64,000 bases of DNA from Bacillota bacterium (GTDB lineage: Bacteria; Bacillota; Sulfobacillia; Sulfobacillales; JAIMBI01): the NCBI GenBank assembly GCA_021846565.1, contig JAJZWS010000002.1, positions 21,612 through 85,611 of the forward strand, written 5' to 3'. The position numbers and the translations under genes are program-made. Within the stretch, counting starts at the first letter, position 1; each line of letters opens with the position of its first letter. Of the stretch, positions 27,706 to 37,799 are shown piece by piece. The notes beneath the pieces are model-generated. The model was not told the DNA's origin. It searched no databases and saw only the letters and a program-made list of their open reading frames with translations.

Positions 27706-27774
27706 GTGTTGAGACAATCGGGCGGTCGCTCGCGAGCGCAGGATGCTCGGGGGTGTCACCCGAGTCGGCGGACA

Positions 27775-28863
27775 TCAGTGCGAGCGGTGGAACCGATCCG
27801 GGCGAAACGGCGTGAGATCCACCGACGGCGTCTCGCCGCGCACCAACTCACCGACAAGCTGCGCCGTGAGGGGCGACAGCAGGAGGCCGTTGCGGTAGTG
27901 CCCCGCCGCGATGATGAGACCGCCAATACCGGGCCAGGGGCCCAGCAGCGGGCGGCCGTCGGGTGTGGCCGGTCTAAGCCCGGCCCACGCCCCGTCAAAC
28001 GGCAGTGAGAGCAGTTCGGGGGACATGGACCGGACGACGTCGGCCAGCGCCGCGATGCCGGCAAATGTGACGCGAGCATCGAACCCCGCCGCGGCATCTT
28101 CGGTTGCCCCGACGACCACCTGGCCGTCGCGCTTGGGGGCCAGGTAGCCGGCGGGACCAAAAACCACATGGGGGAAAGGCGGCCGCGCTGCTTTTAGGGC
28201 CAGCGCCTGGCCGCGCACCGGCAGCACGGGCAGCGGCTCGGGGTGGGGCAGCAGTCCCCCCACCCAGGCCCCCGCGGCGAGCACGACGGTACTGGTGGGG
28301 AGCGACTGCCGCGGGGTGTCCACGCCCACCACTCGCCCCTGGTCGACCCGGATGCGCCGCGCTGGCTCGCCCAGTCGGATGTCGACCCCGCGGGCAGCCG
28401 CGCCCTGGGCCAGTGCCGCCACATACGCGGGGCCGCGGATTTGGCCCTCCAGCGGCGACCAGATGGCACAGGGCCAGTTGGGGTCCCGGTCCTCGAGCCA
28501 CTCCACCTCCGGGGAGTATTGGCGCCGCCACGCCAGTGAGGCCTCCAGATCCTCGCGCTCCGCCGCCGCGACCTGCCTCAGGATGCCTGTAGGTTCGAAC
28601 TCCGGGTCAATGGCGCTGTCTTCGCGCAACGCATCCACCCACGCCGGAAACGCGCCCCAACTTTCCCAAAACAGGTGCGTCCGTGGGCCGTCGTCGCGGG
28701 ACTCCACGAGGGGGCCAAGAATTCCCGCGGCCGCCTGCGACGACTGACCCCCCAGCGGTCCCGCATCCAACACCGCCACGTCGATGCCGTCACCTGCAAG
28801 GTGCCACGCGGTTGCCAATCCAATGACACCGGCCCCCACGACCACCACATCCGCCATCGTCAT
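27775..28863 (-). CDS. thiO: FAD-dependent glycine oxidase
   Basis: VVVVGAGVIGLATAW dinucleotide fold and DAO-family layout, convergent with (tail-to-tail to) the thiS-thiG-thiF cluster. AGGAGGAATG start context. Confidence 0.75.
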   Translation of the reverse strand: MTMADVVVVGAGVIGLATAWHLAGDGIDVAVLDAGPLGGQSSQAAAGILGPLVESRDDGPRTHLFWESWGAFPAWVDALREDSAIDPEFEPTGILRQVAAAEREDLEASLAWRRQYSPEVEWLEDRDPNWPCAIWSPLEGQIRGPAYVAALAQGAAARGVDIRLGEPARRIRVDQGRVVGVDTPRQSLPTSTVVLAAGAWVGGLLPHPEPLPVLPVRGQALALKAARPPFPHVVFGPAGYLAPKRDGQVVVGATEDAAAGFDARVTFAGIAALADVVRSMSPELLSLPFDGAWAGLRPATPDGRPLLGPWPGIGGLIIAAGHYRNGLLLSPLTAQLVGELVRGETPSVDLTPFRPDRFHRSH

Positions 28864-29973
28864 TCCTCCTGCGCGCCCAAGCTCAGTCCAAGATCGCGCC
28901 GCCCGGGGCTGCCGTCAAGGTCCGCGCGTCCGCGAGGGCCCCCTGGGGTTACCGTACGGGGCCGCGGCGGTGGGCCTTGCCGGCACCCACGGGTGGTCGC
29001 CGCCGTCCCCAGTCGCGTCAGGCAGGCGTTGTGACCCAGGCTGCTCGGCGGGAGGTCCGGCAGCCACCCGCCTAGGAAGAATGCGGGAGACCGGAGCTCC
29101 CAGGGACGCCCAACCGCTGTCGTCCGTGGCCTGCCACCACGTGACCCAGGCCCGACCGCTCCAGCTCACGGCGTGACAACGGAAAGTCGCCAGCCAGACG
29201 CCAGAGTTGCGGGTTCCGCAACCGGGACCGCTACCGCCGTAAGAGGTTGCCGGCGTCCGTCCACCGATCTACATCCCACAGGATGGAGAGCCGCCGTTGA
29301 ATGGATAGGCAGTTCTTTGGTGGGTCGGCACACGCTTGACCTTCCGTCCGTGGACTAAGACGCCAGGGTCAGTTGCCATGCCCACGCACGCCGCTTGACC
29401 ATCATCGGGAAGGGACGAGACATTCCCAGATCCCGGACGTGCGGCCAGACCTCGTCGATCGTGCGTGCATGCAAATAACGGCGGAAGAACGTCAGGGTGG
29501 CTGCCGTTGATCTGCAGGGGCTGATGCCATCAGACCCAGTCGCGTATCCGTTCTCGATGCCCCTGGGGGCTTCCCACCGAGTCCATTCACCCTTAGGTTA
29601 GTCAACAAAATCTGGTGTCTGCGGGATGTTCGTCGTGAGCCGCCTGGCGCTCAAATCCCGCGACGACGAGGTGACGTGGAGCCCGTGTCAGCGAACCACC
29701 CAACCAGCCAAGACACGTCGAGCCCGGCGATCCATACGGCCAGTCCTGTTTGCACGACGATGGCATGAAGCCGACCCTGGGGCCGTGGGCGCTATACGCC
29801 CGACGATCGCAGCTCGGCACCGGGTCGCGACCCCACGCTTGCCGCGACGGGTGCGGGCCGCCGGTCGTTTGGGGCGACACCGACTCGGCCCAGACGCAGG
29901 AGTTTCGTTGCGTGACGCGAACTTCCCGACTGATCGACGCGGCCGGCGCTGGAGCGGCAAACCGGTGAGGAGG

Positions 29974-30681
29974 ATGCGGGTGGACGTCCAGGTTGGCGTG
30001 GAAGTGGATGACAAAGGGCAGTCCATGGCCTGGGTGGCCGAGCTGCCGGGTTGCTATGCGCGCGGGCGGACGCCCCAGGAGGCGCTGGACAAGGTCCCGC
30101 TGGCGGTCTTTGAGTTTTGTGTGTGGCTTCGAACCCACGGCGAAGAACTGGACGGTCCGGGTGCCGTGTCGCTGTCGCCGCCCGAAACGGTGAGCGTGGG
30201 GTCCGACCTGGGCCAGGCCGAAAGCACCGCGCTGTTTGCGTTTGACCGGATGCCGCCGGCGGGCGCGGCGGCGCTCGCGCTCCGGGCGGCGCAATACGCC
30301 CGTGCCGATCTGTTGGAGATGTTGCCCCGGCTGCACCCGGACATGCTGAACCTCCGGATGGAGGGGGCCAACCGGTCGCTCGTGCAAACGTTGGACCACC
30401 TCATTCTGACGGATGTGTGGTATGCCCTGCGGGCCGCAACACCAGACAACCTGGAGCCGCGAGCGTACCTGCTGTCGGTGCTGCGGGATGCCATCCTGCC
30501 GCTTTTGGCCCAGGCGGTGGACGCGACGGACCCGTCCGTCAGCCAGTATCGCGATCCCAACCAGGCCGAGCCGGATCAGGGGTGGACGCCCTTTAAGGCG
30601 CTCAGACGGCTGGTGTGGCACGACCGGGTGCACTACCGCCAACTGAGCCGCCACAACCAACGGCTGCACGCGGCCCGGTAG
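29974..30681 (+). CDS. HicB-like N-terminal domain fused to a DinB/YfiT-like domain
   Basis: MAWVAELPGCYARGRTPQEALDKV (HicB/UPF0150-type). Then TLDHLILTDVWY and VWHDRVHYRQL (DinB-like His residues). GGTGAGGAGG RBS before the ATG at 29974. Confidence 0.55.
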   Translation: MRVDVQVGVEVDDKGQSMAWVAELPGCYARGRTPQEALDKVPLAVFEFCVWLRTHGEELDGPGAVSLSPPETVSVGSDLGQAESTALFAFDRMPPAGAAALALRAAQYARADLLEMLPRLHPDMLNLRMEGANRSLVQTLDHLILTDVWYALRAATPDNLEPRAYLLSVLRDAILPLLAQAVDATDPSVSQYRDPNQAEPDQGWTPFKALRRLVWHDRVHYRQLSRHNQRLHAAR

Positions 30682-30706
30682 GCTCCTCACCCGTCGAGCG
30701 GGCGAG

Positions 30707-31603
30707 CTACCCGGGCTCGCCCGGGTCAGGGTGCTCTGGACCGACGGCGATCGGGCGATCAGGGTACGAAATCCAATCGCTCCAGCTTCCCGCATACAGG
30801 CGCGCGGGCCGTCCGATGCGCGTCAGCGCCAGCACATTGGGGCAGGCGGTCACGCCCGACCCGCAGTACACCACCGCCGGGGAGTCTGGGAGCGTTGCGA
30901 ATCGGTGTCGGAGCGCACCCGGAGCCAGGTAGCGGCCGTCCGCGCCCTTGATGCGGGTCCATGCGAAGTTTCGGGCACCGGGAATGTGCCCCGCGCGCCG
31001 GTCCAACGGCTCCGTGTCGCCCCGATAGCGCTCTGGCGCGCGGCTGTCGACTAGGTTGCCGGCCTGGGCGGCCGCCTCAACGGCGGCCCGGTCGTGCACC
31101 ACCATCTCTGGACGCACCCGCACGGCGACCTCGACGGGCCGATGCGCGGGCGGATCCCCCGTCATCGGGCCGTGGAGCTGCTGCCACGCCGCCACACCGC
31201 CATCCAGGACCTCGACGGAAGGATAGTCGAGGTAGGTGAGGAGCCACCATGCCCGGGCCGCCATCTCGCCCGCGTCGTCGTACACCACCACCCGGTGCTC
31301 CCGACCCACCCCCAGTTCGCTGAGCCGAGCGGCCAGCCGCGCGGAATAGGGCAACGGATGCCGACCGCCGTGAGGGCCGACCGGTCCGGACAGATCCTTC
31401 TCCAGGTGTAGATAGACGGCGCCGGGCAAATGGCCCGTGCGATAAGCGTCCGGGCCGGCCTCTGGCGCGGCGAGGGAAAATCGGCAATCCACCAGCCGCA
31501 CGTGGGGCTCGTGCACCAGCGGCAAGAGCTCCTCCGGCGCGAGAATCGGATCGGTCGGGCGGTGGGGGACGGAAGTTCGGGTAGCCACGCGGCTCAACTC
31601 CAA
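30707..31603 (-). CDS. tandem-rhodanese sulfurtransferase (thiosulfate/3-mercaptopyruvate type)
   Basis: Two rhodanese domains and the active-site loop VVYCGSGVTA. The start may instead be the GTG at 31588. Confidence 0.85.
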   Translation of the reverse strand: MELSRVATRTSVPHRPTDPILAPEELLPLVHEPHVRLVDCRFSLAAPEAGPDAYRTGHLPGAVYLHLEKDLSGPVGPHGGRHPLPYSARLAARLSELGVGREHRVVVYDDAGEMAARAWWLLTYLDYPSVEVLDGGVAAWQQLHGPMTGDPPAHRPVEVAVRVRPEMVVHDRAAVEAAAQAGNLVDSRAPERYRGDTEPLDRRAGHIPGARNFAWTRIKGADGRYLAPGALRHRFATLPDSPAVVYCGSGVTACPNVLALTRIGRPARLYAGSWSDWISYPDRPIAVGPEHPDPGEPG

Positions 31604-31684
31604 TCGTGCGGGAGAACGCTCCCTTTTCCCTCACCGTATCAGATTTCGTGGGGGGAGGCCGGATGTGCGGATGGCCAGCGCCCG

Positions 31685-32290
31685 ATGGCAAACCCTAAAG
31701 GATTATCCGAGTACTGGCTCGAGGGTGCGGGACCCAAAAGGAGGGTTAGCTTGGGCAACGGAGGGGCGGGTGCTCCCCCGGTCGTGGGGGTGCCGCGCGC
31801 CGCTGCGGCATGGTGGCAGTGGGCCGAGTCGCCGGGGTGGGGGGCCCAAGCGGCCGAGAGCGAAGCGCCCGGCTGGTGCCTCCTGCTGTCGGCTGTCGCG
31901 GCCGGGGCGGTCGCGGGCGGCTGGTCCTCTCCACTGGGCGTGTTAGCCGTCGTCGTGGTGTGGGCCGGGGGCTACGGCCTTGCAGGCCTGTTGGCCTGGG
32001 TCGGACGGGAGTTGGGGGGGCGAGGGTCGGCGCGGGCGCTGGCCGCCGGACTGGCCGTGGCCTCGTGTCCGGCCGTGCTGGCGTTGGCCGCCGCCCGGCT
32101 CGCGGTGTGGCCGCTGGCCACGGGCCTCCTTCTGCTAGCGGGCGTGCGCCTGGGAGTGGAGGTGGGCCGTCAGCATGCGTTTGGCGGGGGACGGGTGGTG
32201 GCAACGCTGGTGCTGGCCGCCGTCGTCACGGTGGCCGGATTGGAAGCGCTGGTGGCGCTGGGCCTCATGATGCACCACGTCGTGGGCTAG
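31685..32290 (+). CDS. hypothetical membrane protein
   Basis: Ala/Gly/Leu-rich hydrophobic segments. Weak RBS context and uncertain start. Confidence 0.35.
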   Translation: MANPKGLSEYWLEGAGPKRRVSLGNGGAGAPPVVGVPRAAAAWWQWAESPGWGAQAAESEAPGWCLLLSAVAAGAVAGGWSSPLGVLAVVVVWAGGYGLAGLLAWVGRELGGRGSARALAAGLAVASCPAVLALAAARLAVWPLATGLLLLAGVRLGVEVGRQHAFGGGRVVATLVLAAVVTVAGLEALVALGLMMHHVVG

Positions 32291-32328
32291 GGGCGAGCCT
32301 GCGCTATCATGACGCGGGGGGATGAGAC

Positions 32329-33354
32329 TTGGCCAAACTGTTTGAACCGTTTCAGCTGAAGAGCCTCTCCCTGCGCAACCGCGTGGTGATGTCGCCGATG
32401 TGCATGTATTCGGTGTGGGCGGAAGACGGGCGGTTGAACGATTTCCACGTGACGCATCTGGTGAGCCGCGCCGTGGGGGGCGCCGGACTCGTGATGGTGG
32501 AAATGACCGACGTTGACCCAGATGGCCGCATCACCGTACGCGATTCCGGCATTTGGGATGACCGGCATCAGGGGGCGTTGGCCGCGATCGGCGAGCAGGT
32601 CCACCATTACGGTGCCGCCTTTGGTGTGCAGATCGCGCATGCAGGGCGCAAGGCGCAGTCCGAAAGTTTGTCTCCGGTGGGGCCGTCCGCGATTCCGTTC
32701 TCCGACCGATATCGGGTGCCGCACGCCCTGACGACGGACGAGGTGCGGCAGATGGTGGACCGATTTCGTGCCGGTGCGGCGCGGGCCGTGGCAGCGGGCG
32801 TCGACGTCATCGAACTGCACGGCGCCCACGGCTATCTGGTGCACCAGTTCATGTCACGGGTGTCGAACCAGCGCGACGACGTCTACGGCGAACCGACCCA
32901 GTTTGGCCGCGAGGTGATAGGCGCTATGCGCTCGGCCATGCCGGTCGGCATGCCGCTCTTTATGCGGGTGTCGGGCACCGAGCACTCGCCCTTGGGTTAT
33001 GGCCTGGATGACCTGGTCACCATGGCACGGGTGTTTCAGGCGGCCGGGGTTGACCTGTTTGATGTGTCCAGCGGAGGGAACCTGCCGGTATCGGTCGCGG
33101 AGTTCCCCGGGTACCAGGTGCCGTACGCCGAAGCCGTGGGACGGAGCACTCGCGCGCCCGTCATGGCCGTCGGGTGCCTGGACGACTACGCGCTGGCCGA
33201 ATCGGTCGTTGCGGAGGGGCGAGCCAACTTGGTGGCCATCGGGCGGGGCATGCTCCGCGACCCGTACTGGGCCAATTCGGCCGCCCTGGCGCTGGGAGAA
33301 CATACGCTCCTGCCCGCCCAGTACCACCGCGCCATTCCGATGGACCGGCGGTAG
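32329..33354 (+). CDS. namA: NADPH dehydrogenase / Old Yellow Enzyme family (YqjM/NamA-like)
   Basis: LRNRVVMSPMCMY, FGVQIAHAGRKA, ELHGAHGYLVHQF. Confidence 0.85.
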   Translation: MAKLFEPFQLKSLSLRNRVVMSPMCMYSVWAEDGRLNDFHVTHLVSRAVGGAGLVMVEMTDVDPDGRITVRDSGIWDDRHQGALAAIGEQVHHYGAAFGVQIAHAGRKAQSESLSPVGPSAIPFSDRYRVPHALTTDEVRQMVDRFRAGAARAVAAGVDVIELHGAHGYLVHQFMSRVSNQRDDVYGEPTQFGREVIGAMRSAMPVGMPLFMRVSGTEHSPLGYGLDDLVTMARVFQAAGVDLFDVSSGGNLPVSVAEFPGYQVPYAEAVGRSTRAPVMAVGCLDDYALAESVVAEGRANLVAIGRGMLRDPYWANSAALALGEHTLLPAQYHRAIPMDRR

Positions 33355-33370
33355 TCGGGGCGTGAGGTCG

Positions 33371-34534
33371 ATGGACCGGAGCGAGCTTTTAGCCCGGCTG
33401 GTGGCCTGGGTGGGCCTCACGGGTCTGCGACGCGAATCTGTGGCCGACACGGTGCGGCGTCTGGGCGCGGTTCAACTGGACCCCGTGCAGGTGGTGGTGC
33501 CGGCCCACCTGTGGACCCTGTCGCTTCGGCGCGGGCCCACGCCGCCCGAGGCACTGAACCGGGCGCTCGCCACGGGGGATTTGCTGGAGGGGTACTGCCA
33601 CGCGCGCGCACTGGTGCATCGCGAGGATGCGGCCGCGTTGGTTCAGGCGTTTCGGCACCACCGGGCGCGGGAGCTGGGACGCCAGTACGGGGTAGCGGGT
33701 GAGATGCGGTCAGCGCTGGCCGTCATGGAGCGGCAGGGGCCTGTGCTGTCGCGGACGCTGGCCAGTACGCGGCGAGTCGTGGCCGGCTGGGACGCACGAG
33801 GGGCCGCTCGCACCAAAGCCACCAGCGCAGCACTGGAACTGTTGTGGTGGGAGGGACGGATTGCGGTTGTGTCACGAGCCGGCGGACAAAAACAGTATGA
33901 CCTCTTGTCCCGCCACCTCCCACAGGTGGACCACCAGATTGAGACGCTTCCCGAAGGCGATGCTGCGCGCGCGGCGGTGCGTCACCAGTATCGGACCATG
34001 GGCATTGTGGGGCCCGGCGGCTCCGGACCACCGTGGAGCGGCAGCGGTGGCCCGGCGCGCAGTACGTGGACCGCGGCGCTCGCGGACGAGGGGGAGCTGG
34101 TCCCTGTGTCTGCGGATGGGAAGGCATACTGGGTGTGGGGTGCGCTCCTGGACGGGGACCCGCCCACGCCTCGGCGGGGATGGCTCCTGGCGCCGTTGGA
34201 CAATCTGCTGTGGCACCGGCCCCGCTTGGAAGCGCTGGCTGGGTTTCACTACCGGTGGGAAATTTACACACCTGCGGCCAAACGACGCGTGGGGCCATAC
34301 AACATGCCCGTTCTGCAGGGTACGCGCTTCTGGGGCGAGGCGGACGCGCGTTGGGAGGAAGGACGGCTCACGACCCGGCTGGTGGCCGGGGGCGCGGATC
34401 CCACGGCAGGCATCCTGCGGGCCGTGGCGGCCGCGGAGGCGCTGTGTGCCCGCCTCAGGGGTATTCCAGGCGCGGATAGCATCCCAGAGGGTGCACCGGC
34501 CCCCGGCCCTGTTGGGTCAGGGCGGCCAGGGTAG
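33371..34534 (+). CDS. YcaQ/DUF1006 winged-helix family protein
   Basis: LGAVQLDPVQVV, ELLWWEGRIAV, FHYRWEIYTPAAKRRVGPYNMPVL. Confidence 0.7.
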   Translation: MDRSELLARLVAWVGLTGLRRESVADTVRRLGAVQLDPVQVVVPAHLWTLSLRRGPTPPEALNRALATGDLLEGYCHARALVHREDAAALVQAFRHHRARELGRQYGVAGEMRSALAVMERQGPVLSRTLASTRRVVAGWDARGAARTKATSAALELLWWEGRIAVVSRAGGQKQYDLLSRHLPQVDHQIETLPEGDAARAAVRHQYRTMGIVGPGGSGPPWSGSGGPARSTWTAALADEGELVPVSADGKAYWVWGALLDGDPPTPRRGWLLAPLDNLLWHRPRLEALAGFHYRWEIYTPAAKRRVGPYNMPVLQGTRFWGEADARWEEGRLTTRLVAGGADPTAGILRAVAAAEALCARLRGIPGADSIPEGAPAPGPVGSGRPG

Positions 34535-35231
34535 CGCGGGCATCCGGTGGGACGTCCACGACCCACAGCCCGCCCGAACCCTTCTCAAGCAGCACACGGC
34601 CGGGCGGCGCGGCCCGGGCGTCGAATCGGTCGGCATGAACCGCCACCGTGACGGTGCGCGGCGATCCGGCCCAGGGGGCACTGCCGACGCGGCCCACCAG
34701 CCAAAACCGGGTGGCGTTGTCGGGATCCGTGGTGATGTGGTCGGCCACGATGTCGAGCCCATAGTGGGCGGCGGCGGCGGGCGGGGCGATGGCGGCGCGA
34801 TGGCGCGGTCCCGCGAGAGCCACGGCCCGTGCGGCGGTGGCCGTGGTGAGAGCCGGGATAGGGGTCAGCTGGTGCCGCGCGAGAAAGGCGTCGCACTGCT
34901 TCAGCGCCTGGGGGTGCGACGTCGCCTCGGTCAGCGAGGCCAGACCAACCCCCGGCTGGGCCAAGAGCGCGTGGGGCACGGGGAGCCACAGGTCGGCCAC
35001 AATGGGCAGGCCCCCCGCCAGTACAGCGCGGATGGCGTCGGGCACGGAGCCAGCGTACCGATTTTCGCAGGGCAACACGCCCCAAGCGGCGGTGCCGTCC
35101 CGGACGGCGTCCACCACGGCGGCAAACCCGGCCACAGCCTGGGTGGGCTGGTGAGGCAGGAAGCGGGCAGCCGCCTGCTCCGCGTAAGCACCGGGGTGGC
35201 CGCTGTAGGCGACCGCGGTCGGCGCGGTCAT
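34455..35231 (-). CDS. pheA: prephenate dehydratase
   Basis: VAYSGHPGAYAEQAA, the layout through GVLPCENRYAGSV, SHPQALKQC, DNATRFWLV. Confidence 0.8.
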   Translation of the reverse strand: MTAPTAVAYSGHPGAYAEQAAARFLPHQPTQAVAGFAAVVDAVRDGTAAWGVLPCENRYAGSVPDAIRAVLAGGLPIVADLWLPVPHALLAQPGVGLASLTEATSHPQALKQCDAFLARHQLTPIPALTTATAARAVALAGPRHRAAIAPPAAAAHYGLDIVADHITTDPDNATRFWLVGRVGSAPWAGSPRTVTVAVHADRFDARAAPPGRVLLEKGSGGLWVVDVPPDARATLAALTQQGRGPVHPLGCYPRLEYP

Positions 35232-35402
35232 GCGGTCTCCCGCAGCGCCGCTCGTCTGGACCCGGGCCCGTCCGCGTACACTGATGTGATCGCCGTGCGT
35301 CTCCTCATGCGCTTATGCTAGCAGAGGTCGCAGGCGCAGGGCGGCCACTCGTGGCCGGGGTTGAGCGGGTATTGTGGTAAGGTGGCGAAGGAGGTGGCGG
35401 CG

Positions 35403-36614
35403 GTGAGCGAAGGCCAGGGGGCACGGCGCCGCCGCGCGGTAAGAAAAGATTACCCCGAGGGGTGGCCCGGGTCAGTTGACGTTCTCATTCTGACGGCGAA
35501 ATACGGCGACGGGCACCTCTCGGCGGCCAAGGCGATTCAGGCGGCCGTCAATCGACTTGTCCCCGGCGCGACGGTGGAATTATTGGACTACTACGGATTT
35601 GTCAGCCCCCGGTTGGACCGGGCCATTCGCTGGGGCTATATGACCTCGGTGCGCAACGCTCCGTGGGCGTACCGCTGGTTTTATCACTCGACCCAGCACA
35701 TTGATCCCAATTCGTCGACCCAGTCGATGCTGAACCGCATCGGCCTCAGGGAGTTTTACCGCGCGGTGGCCCCGAATCCGCCGCGCCTCATCATCTCCAC
35801 CTACCCGACCGCTGCGGGCGTGGTTGCCACCTTAAAAGAGCGGCGGCTGTTGGACGTGGAAAACTTCGTGGTGATGACGGACTATGCCGTGCATTCGCAG
35901 TGGCTGCACCGGGGTGTGGACCGATACTTTGTTGGAGCCGAGGATATGCGGGAGGCCATGGCCTCGCGGGGATTTAATCCGGATGCCATCGATGTGTCCG
36001 GTATCCCGGTGGACCCGCGCTTTCGCCAGCCGGGATCCGACCGCGCCCGGGAACTGGCCGCCCTCGGGTTGGAGGACCAACCGACGGTGCTTTATATGGG
36101 GGGGTCTTACCTAGCCCCGACGCAGTTTCGCGAGGTGCTGGGGGCGCTGGCGGAGCTGCCGGGGCCGGTCAACTTGGTGGTCGTGGGGGGACGGGCGGCC
36201 GCGCGCACGGAAGAGGCGCGCCGGTTCGCCGCTCAGAGCCCGCATCCCACCGTGGCTCTGGGCTACGTCACGAACGTGCCCGACTTAATGGGTGCGGTGG
36301 ACGTGCTGGTCACCAAGGCCGGAGGGCTCACCACCACCGAGGCGTTGTGCCGCGGTCTGCCGATGGTGGTGTACCGGCAAATTCCCGGCCAGGAGGACAG
36401 CAACGCCGAATTTTTGGTGCGGCATGGGGCGGCGGTGGTCACGCGGACGCCAGCGCAGCTGGTGGCGACGCTCACGCGGATCCTGGCCGACCCGGCGGAG
36501 CGCGCGCGGCGGGCAGCCGCGGCGCGTGGACTGGGACTACCGGACGGCGCCTCGCGGGTGGCCGAACGCGTGCGCGAGGTGCTGGAAAGGCGTCGGGTGC
36601 ATGCGGGGGCTTAA
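35403..36614 (+). CDS. GT28-family diacylglycerol glycosyltransferase (MGDG synthase / UgtP-YpfP-like)
   Basis: ILTAKYGDGHLSAAKAI, VVMTDYAVHSQW, LVTKAGGLTTTEAL. AAGGAGGTG RBS before the GTG at 35403. Confidence 0.8.
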   Translation: MSEGQGARRRRAVRKDYPEGWPGSVDVLILTAKYGDGHLSAAKAIQAAVNRLVPGATVELLDYYGFVSPRLDRAIRWGYMTSVRNAPWAYRWFYHSTQHIDPNSSTQSMLNRIGLREFYRAVAPNPPRLIISTYPTAAGVVATLKERRLLDVENFVVMTDYAVHSQWLHRGVDRYFVGAEDMREAMASRGFNPDAIDVSGIPVDPRFRQPGSDRARELAALGLEDQPTVLYMGGSYLAPTQFREVLGALAELPGPVNLVVVGGRAAARTEEARRFAAQSPHPTVALGYVTNVPDLMGAVDVLVTKAGGLTTTEALCRGLPMVVYRQIPGQEDSNAEFLVRHGAAVVTRTPAQLVATLTRILADPAERARRAAAARGLGLPDGASRVAERVREVLERRRVHAGA

Positions 36615-37797
36615 GCACTGGTTCCCGCACGACGTCAACTTGGCGCAGTGGCAGCTGATAGGGATTCTGGGGACGGCCGAGTTTGCGCGGACGGCGCTCG
36701 TGGTGGTGTTGTTGCCGGCGTTTGCCACCGGGCCGCTGGGCTTGTCGCTCACTGTGGTGGGTCTCATGATCTCGGCGCATTACGCCATGGATACGCTGTT
36801 TCGCAGTCCCGCCGGCTGGCTAGTGGACCGCGTAGGCCCGAAGCCAGTGCTGCTGGGGGGCATCGTCATCGAGGTGCTGGCGGTGTTTGGGGCCATGCAC
36901 GCCCATGCCGCCATCACGCTCTTCATCTTCATGGGGCTGTTGGGCGTAGGTACCGCAAGCCACTGGCCGTCGGTGGTGACCGGCACCAACCGCCTGACTC
37001 ACGCGGATCAGCGGGGCACGATGATGGGAGCCGTGTTTGCCGGATGGATTGCGGGGTCCGGCATTGGGCCGGTCGTCGTGAACTTCGCCATCGGCAACTT
37101 CGGCAGCGACGAGCTGGCCTTTATCGTCCTGATTGCGGCGGATCTGGTGGCGCTGGGGCTGGCTTTTTTGGTGCGGGATCATCGTCTGGTGCAGGGTGCC
37201 GCACGGGGGGAGCGGCATCCCAGCCTGCTTTCCGGTCTCAAAGTCATCTGGCCGCTGAAGTCCGTGCTGCCCGGCATGTTTGTACAAACCATGGTGCTGG
37301 GGCTGCTGCTTCCCCTGCTCCAGCCACTGACCCACCGGGTGCTGCATCTGGACCAAGTGCAGTACGCCGTGCTGCTGTTGGGATCGGGCGCGCTCACGGT
37401 GCTGTTGCTGGTGCCCATGGGCCGGGTGGCGGACCGGATGGGGATCAAGGGTCCCCTCATCGGGGGATTCTGGCTGGCGGCGCTGGCGCTCCTGGGCCTC
37501 TCGGCCGTGCGGGAATTTTGGCTCCTGGTGGCGGTGGGCGTGACGCTGGGCTTGGCGTACGCGCTGATCCTGCCGTCGTGGAACGCTTTTTTGGCTCGGC
37601 TGATTCCCTCGGCCCAGGAAGGTCTCCTGTGGGGAGTGTTCATGACCGTCGAGGGCCTCGGCATGACGGTTGGCCCTGCGGTCGGCGCGCGCCTGTTTCA
37701 GCTGTCGATCTATGCCCCGTTTATCTTGGCGGCCGCCATCCTGACGCTCATGAGCGTGTTCTATTGGCTCTATCCCCTGCCGGAGCGTAGGGCGTAG
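36601..37797 (+). CDS. MFS transporter (LtaA-like position)
   Basis: 398 aa, about 12 TM segments. The start overlaps the glycosyltransferase stop by 14 nt. Confidence 0.8.
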   Translation: MRGLKHWFPHDVNLAQWQLIGILGTAEFARTALVVVLLPAFATGPLGLSLTVVGLMISAHYAMDTLFRSPAGWLVDRVGPKPVLLGGIVIEVLAVFGAMHAHAAITLFIFMGLLGVGTASHWPSVVTGTNRLTHADQRGTMMGAVFAGWIAGSGIGPVVVNFAIGNFGSDELAFIVLIAADLVALGLAFLVRDHRLVQGAARGERHPSLLSGLKVIWPLKSVLPGMFVQTMVLGLLLPLLQPLTHRVLHLDQVQYAVLLLGSGALTVLLLVPMGRVADRMGIKGPLIGGFWLAALALLGLSAVREFWLLVAVGVTLGLAYALILPSWNAFLARLIPSAQEGLLWGVFMTVEGLGMTVGPAVGARLFQLSIYAPFILAAAILTLMSVFYWLYPLPERRA

Positions 37798-37799
37798 CC

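Noticed and set aside
28864-29170. Second TPP or glycine riboswitch upstream of thiO
   Set aside because: No THI-box core (CUGAGA..ACCUGAUCUGGAUAAUGCCAGCG) and no glycine-riboswitch core was found on the thiO strand.
34455-34534. 80-nt convergent overlap of the ycaQ-like and pheA 3' ends (and a similar 45-nt overlap at 43306-43350)
   Set aside because: Convergent 3' overlaps are common in compact high-GC genomes, and nothing else is unusual there.
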